DNA from: an uncultured bacterium
GTDB lineage: Bacteria > Krumholzibacteriota > Krumholzibacteriia > LZORAL124-64-63
Assembly: GCA_963727525.1 (NCBI GenBank)
Contig: CAVSGO010000006.1
Location: 160,001 to 224,000, forward strand
Reading direction: 5' to 3'
DNA length: 64,000 nucleotides
Notes under the pieces: generated by a model
Seen by the model: the letters and a program-made list of their open reading frames with translations, nothing else
What the model was told of the DNA's origin: nothing
Databases searched by the model: none
In this document: positions 58,201 through 64,000 of the stretch, piece after piece
Numbering within the stretch: the stretch's first letter is position 1
Layout: each line of letters begins with the position of its first letter
Translations under genes and position numbers: made by a program

Positions 58201-58360
58201 GTGCGGGAGGGTACACCCGGTTCCGGCGGTGGGCAACGTCCGGACGCCTGGCGGCCTTGCGATCGCCCGGGTGAGTTACCACTATTTCAGAGGATGTGAT
58301 ATTGCTAACAACCAGCAGTGCGGGCAACGTCGGATTCCGCAAAGCCTGAGGAGCTTGATC

Positions 58361-60583
58361 ATGTTCGACATTGGTGGTGCGCTCGACCGTCAGATCAAGC
58401 AGTTCATGAAGAACCGGCCGACGATCCTGTTCATCGAGCCGGAAGACTACCGAGTGCTCGAGGCTGCGTTCTCCCTGCCGCAGGTTGCGGGCGTGGTGTT
58501 CCTGGCGACGCGGGAGCGCGTGGCCGAGGTCATCGCGCGCGAGCTGCCGCACAAGGACCCGGTCAGCGTCGAGTTCCTGCTGGGCGAGAGCGCGTTCTGC
58601 CCCATCGATGGGCATCCCGAGCTGGTGGACGAGTTCGCGCAGGCGATCATGGCGCTTCCGCCGGAGCGTCGCTGGACCGACGAACCCGCCGAGGCGCGCC
58701 GTCTGGCCGCCACGCCGGCCGGCTTCGGCATCATGGCGGTGCACGAGGGACATGCCGACATCGTGGTGGGCGGCGCGGCGCACGAGCCGCGCGACTACTT
58801 CCGACCCATGATCAAGATACTGAAGGTGGACGAGGTCGTCTGTGAGGCCGGCGTCTTCGTGTTGCCCGACAGCCACCCCGGCAATATCTACCCGCACAAT
58901 ATCCTGGTGATGGGCGACGTGGGTGTGAATGCCGCCGTCACCCCCGAGATCCTGGCGCGCAGCGCGGTGGGCGTGTGCGCGGTGGCGCGCGACTTGATCC
59001 CGGAAGAGGTACTGCCCACGATCAACGGCGCCATGGTGAGCTATTCCAATCGCGGCAGCGACGAGGGGCCGAGCCCCGAACTGGTGCGCCAGGCGGCCGC
59101 ACTCGTGCCCGAGTACCTGAAGCAGCGCATCGCACGCGGCGAGCGATACCGGTCGATCGAGATCGTGCCCGAGGTGAAGATCTCGGTGGCCCTGTCGGCG
59201 CGTTCGGCACACCTGTACCGGCGCGGCAAGCAGCGCGAGGACTTCCACGGCACGAACGCGGTCATCACGCCCAATCTCGATACCGGCAACCTGTTGTTTC
59301 ATCTTTTCAGCACGCGCTACCCCGACGCCAAGAAGTTTGGTGCCCTCTTCGGCATCCGCTTCCGCGGCGTGGATCTGCCCATGGACGTGCTGCCCGAGGA
59401 CGCGGCCCTGGCCGTGAAGGCCGCCGTCCTGCGGCTACACCGTTTTGGCGAGTGGACACGCACGCCACGTGACACCTTCTTCCCGAGGCCGCGAATCCTG
59501 GCCATCAACCCGGGATCCACCAGCACCAAGCTGGCGATCTTCGAGGGCGAGGAGGAGATGGTAGCCGAGGAACTGCAGCACAGCGCCGACGAGCTGCTGC
59601 CCTATGAGGGGCAGCGCATCGTGGCGCAGTTCGGGTTCCGCAAGGAGGCCATCACCGCATTCCTGGCGGCCCACGACCTGTCGCTGGCCGACATCGACGC
59701 GGTGAGCGCGCGTGGCGGTCTGGTGCAGCCCATCCCCCACGGCACCTACGCGGTGAACGATCGCATGCGGGAGGACCTGCTCGGTGGCACGGCCACCGAC
59801 CATGCCTCGAACCTGGGTGCGCTGATCGCGCAGGAGCTTGTCAGCGGCACCGACAAGCCGGCGTACATCACCGATCCCGTCGTGGTGGACGAGATGAATC
59901 CGCGCGCGCGTATCAGCGGCATGAAGGAATTGCCGCGGGTGCCCATCAGCCACGCGTTGAATCAGATCGCCACGGCGCACCGGTTCGCGCGCGAGCAGGG
60001 CACGTTCTACGAGCACCTCAACCTCATCGTATGTCACATGGGCGGCGGTATCTCGATCGGCGCGCACAAGAAGGGGCGCTACGTCGACGTGAACAATGCT
60101 CTCGATGGCGAGGGCCCGTTCTCGCCGCAGCGTTCTGGCTCGCTGCCGGTGGGGCCGCTGATCCGGCTGTGCTTCAGCGGCAAGTACACGCAGGAGCAGC
60201 TCCTGGTCCTGAACAAGGGGCGCGGCGGACTGATCGATTTGCTCGGCACCGCCGACTTCAAGCTCGTGGAGTCGAAGGTGAAGGAGGGCGATGCCGAGTA
60301 CAGTCTGGTCTTCGGGGCGATGTGCTACCAGATCGCCAAGACCATCTGCTCCATGGCGCCGGCTTTCGACGGGGAGTCGGTGGACCAGATCCTGCTCACT
60401 GGCGGGATGGCGCGGTCGCAGCTCCTGGTGGACTCGATCCACAAGCTGCTCGGTCCGCGCTGTGCCGGCCTGACCGTCTACCCGGGAGAGAACGAGATGG
60501 TGGCCCTGGCGCTGGGCGCGCTGCGGGTCCTGTCGGGTCGCGAGCCGGTGCGGCACTATGCGCCGGAGAGCCAGGAAGGATAA
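58361..60583 (+). CDS. buk: Fusion of PTA/PTB-like domain and butyrate kinase
   Basis: N-terminal PTA fold (EPEDYRVLEAA, SYSNRGS, PNLDTGN); C-terminal INPGSTSTK, ARGG, HASNLG, HALNQ, HMGGGIS, YPGENEM. RBS GAGGAG. Confidence 0.9.
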   Translation: MFDIGGALDRQIKQFMKNRPTILFIEPEDYRVLEAAFSLPQVAGVVFLATRERVAEVIARELPHKDPVSVEFLLGESAFCPIDGHPELVDEFAQAIMALPPERRWTDEPAEARRLAATPAGFGIMAVHEGHADIVVGGAAHEPRDYFRPMIKILKVDEVVCEAGVFVLPDSHPGNIYPHNILVMGDVGVNAAVTPEILARSAVGVCAVARDLIPEEVLPTINGAMVSYSNRGSDEGPSPELVRQAAALVPEYLKQRIARGERYRSIEIVPEVKISVALSARSAHLYRRGKQREDFHGTNAVITPNLDTGNLLFHLFSTRYPDAKKFGALFGIRFRGVDLPMDVLPEDAALAVKAAVLRLHRFGEWTRTPRDTFFPRPRILAINPGSTSTKLAIFEGEEEMVAEELQHSADELLPYEGQRIVAQFGFRKEAITAFLAAHDLSLADIDAVSARGGLVQPIPHGTYAVNDRMREDLLGGTATDHASNLGALIAQELVSGTDKPAYITDPVVVDEMNPRARISGMKELPRVPISHALNQIATAHRFAREQGTFYEHLNLIVCHMGGGISIGAHKKGRYVDVNNALDGEGPFSPQRSGSLPVGPLIRLCFSGKYTQEQLLVLNKGRGGLIDLLGTADFKLVESKVKEGDAEYSLVFGAMCYQIAKTICSMAPAFDGESVDQILLTGGMARSQLLVDSIHKLLGPRCAGLTVYPGENEMVALALGALRVLSGREPVRHYAPESQEG

Positions 60584-60585
60584 CG

Positions 60586-61506
60586 ATGACGCCGATTCGC
60601 ACTCTCGACCAGCTCGTCGCCAGCGTCAAGGGTCAGCCCTCGCGCCGTGTGGCCGTGGCGGCGGGACACGATCCCAACACCATCCAGGCCGCGGCGCGCG
60701 CGGCGCAGGAAGACATCGCCGTCGTCACCCTCGTGGGCGACGCCTCCCGCATCGCGGCGTTGTGCCGGGAGCACGGTCTGGACGCCGGCGTGTTCACGAT
60801 CGTCGACGAGAAGGACGAGGCGAAGGCGGGCGCGGAGGCGGTGCGGCGCGTGCGCGAGGGCGAGGCCGACGTGCTCATGAAGGGGCTCATCGGCACCGAC
60901 AAGTACATGCGCCTGATCCTGGACAAGGAACGCGGTCTGCTGCCGCCGAAAGCCGTGCTCAGTCACGTGACGGTGCTCGACATCCCGGCCTACCAGAAGA
61001 CCCACGGCAAGCTGCTCTTCGTGGCGGACGTGGCCATCATCCCCGATCCCGACCTGGCCACCAAGGTGCAGATCGCGCAGTACGTGATCGACGCCGCCCA
61101 CGCCTTCGGCATCCCCGAGCCGCGGATCGCCCTGGTGGCGGCCACCGAGAAGGTGAACCCGAAGATGCCGGCCTGTGTCGACGCGGCTCTCATCACGCAG
61201 ATGAATCGGCGCGGCCAGGTCAAGGGCGCCATCGTCGACGGACCACTCGCGCTGGACGTGGCGCTCAGCCCCGAGGCTTGTAAGATCAAGGGATTGACGA
61301 CCCCGGTCGATGGCGCGGCTGACGGTCTCGTGTTCCCTAACATAGAGAGTGGCAACGTCTTCTACAAGTCGGCCACGGTGTTAGGCGGTGCGCGGCTGGC
61401 GGCCGCGGTGATCGGCACCACGGCGCCGTGCGTCCTGACCAGCCGGGCCGACGATGAGGAGAGCAAGTTTCTGTCGATCGCTCTGGGGTGCCGTCTGGCC
61501 CGCTGA
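60586..61506 (+). CDS. ptb: Phosphate butyryltransferase
   Basis: LMKG, DVAI, DGPLALDVA, PNIESGNVFYK, LTSRAD. Confidence 0.9.
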   Translation: MTPIRTLDQLVASVKGQPSRRVAVAAGHDPNTIQAAARAAQEDIAVVTLVGDASRIAALCREHGLDAGVFTIVDEKDEAKAGAEAVRRVREGEADVLMKGLIGTDKYMRLILDKERGLLPPKAVLSHVTVLDIPAYQKTHGKLLFVADVAIIPDPDLATKVQIAQYVIDAAHAFGIPEPRIALVAATEKVNPKMPACVDAALITQMNRRGQVKGAIVDGPLALDVALSPEACKIKGLTTPVDGAADGLVFPNIESGNVFYKSATVLGGARLAAAVIGTTAPCVLTSRADDEESKFLSIALGCRLAR

Positions 61507-61653
61507 TGCGCGCCGTCCGGCGCGGAAAAAGATTCAAAAAACCGCTATAAAACTGCGGTATTTTGTGGCCTTCGCGACCGGATCGCGCTATCGTTCGCGA
61601 TGGCATGGAAGCCAAGTGCCAGCGACCTCAGCATTAAAAAGGAGAGAACGCCC

Positions 61654-62007
61654 ATGGCTAAGAAGGCTGCGAAGAAGGCTGCGAAGGCGCCCGCGAAGGC
61701 TGCGTCGGTGAAGGCCCCGACCCGCAACGAAGTCTACCGCGACATCGCCGCGAAGACCGGTCTAACCCGCAAGGACGTCGTCAAGGTGTGCGACGCCCTG
61801 AGCAACTCCATGGTCCAGTCGGTGAAGAAGCACGGCAATTTCAACCTGCTGGGCCTGATGAAGCTCACGCTGGTCAAGAAGCCGGCCGTGGCCGGTGGCA
61901 AGCTCGTGCGCAATCCGTTCACCGGCGAGATGGTGAAGCAGAAGGCCAAGCCGGCGTCGCGCTCGGTTCGTGTGCGTCCGCTGAAGGCCATCAAGGATCG
62001 CCTCTAG
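61654..62007 (+). CDS. HU family DNA-binding protein with Lys/Ala-rich N-terminal tail
   Basis: MAKKAAKKAAKAPAKAA; RNPFTGE; RBS AAGGAG. Confidence 0.9.
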   Translation: MAKKAAKKAAKAPAKAASVKAPTRNEVYRDIAAKTGLTRKDVVKVCDALSNSMVQSVKKHGNFNLLGLMKLTLVKKPAVAGGKLVRNPFTGEMVKQKAKPASRSVRVRPLKAIKDRL

Positions 62008-62053
62008 TAAGAACGCGTCCTCGAAAGCATGCGTTCTTGTTCTCGCGATGCCG

Positions 62054-62090
62054 AAACGACCCCCGCGCCTCGTTGGCGGGGGTCGTTTTT
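62054..62090 (+). terminator. Intrinsic terminator after the HU gene (preceded by a second hairpin at 62009-62038)
   Basis: AAACGACCCCCGC / GCGGGGGTCGTTT 13-bp stem followed by a T-tract. Confidence 0.8.
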
Positions 62091-62131
62091 CGACCACACC
62101 CGTACCGCGATCGTGAAGTGAAGCGTCGTCC

Positions 62132-63778
<1,647 letters not shown>

Positions 63779-63849
63779 GTACCGTATACGCGTCGACTCG
63801 ATCACGCGTCGTTTTGGCCGGTTTACCTCGGTAGCCCTACCTTGAACCC

Positions 63850-64000
63850 ATGAAGCCCCCGCGCACCTGGACCTGGCTGGTCGGCTTGCTGATCGTCGGT
63901 AGCCTGTCCCCGGGATGCCGCGGGCACGACCCATCCGGGCAGGCGGCGGCTCATTCGAGTCTCCGTACTTCCGACCTAGGACACTCCATGCATACCAACC
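63850..64000 (+). CDS. 5' part of a probable exported/lipoprotein gene (truncated; possibly YyaL/SPATA20-like)
   Basis: MKPPRTWTWLVGLLIVGSLSPGC... is open to the window end and ends ...MHTN. Confidence 0.4.
   Translation, partial: MKPPRTWTWLVGLLIVGSLSPGCRGHDPSGQAAAHSSLRTSDLGHSMHTN

Noticed and set aside
58321-58350. GGCAAC...CGCAAAGC as a c-di-GMP-I riboswitch
   Set aside because: Too short, with no P2 stem or GNRA tetraloop between the motifs

Overview
This is a high-GC, gene-dense bacterial chromosome window with about 50 CDS, read in standard code 11 (TGA ends many genes). Three secreted proteins carry PNP(FNP)-type T9SS/FlgD-like C-terminal sorting domains, and a C25 gingipain-like protein is present. 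Together these suggest an FCB-group lineage (Krumholzibacteria/Latescibacteria/Eisenbacteria-like; inference). No rRNA, tRNA, CRISPR array, transposase or integrase was found. The top finding is that the ORF track splits one gene at an in-frame TGA (26092-26094). Read through, 25918..27105 is a single 395-aa exported thioredoxin-TPR protein with the active site DFYTDW-U-P-S-C (UxxC) and a SECIS-like hairpin right after the UGA, i.e. a putative secreted selenoprotein. It is divergent from a two-gene CydA-like/cytochrome c oxidase operon, and a fused CcsBA heme lyase lies in the same window. Other notable items: a butyrate kinase fused to a probably non-catalytic PTA domain upstream of an intact Ptb; an Rrf2-Ric-qNOR NO-detoxification module with twin palindromic operators; an ECF/zf-HC2 pair beside two divergent promoters of matching architecture (GTGTAAGG-N13-CGwCAC) driving uncharacterised genes; a REC-GGDEF protein lacking the phospho-acceptor Asp; a C25 peptidase lacking the catalytic His; and an MCP-like protein with a long Pro-rich tail. 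All family calls come from motif recognition by eye; no database searches were run.
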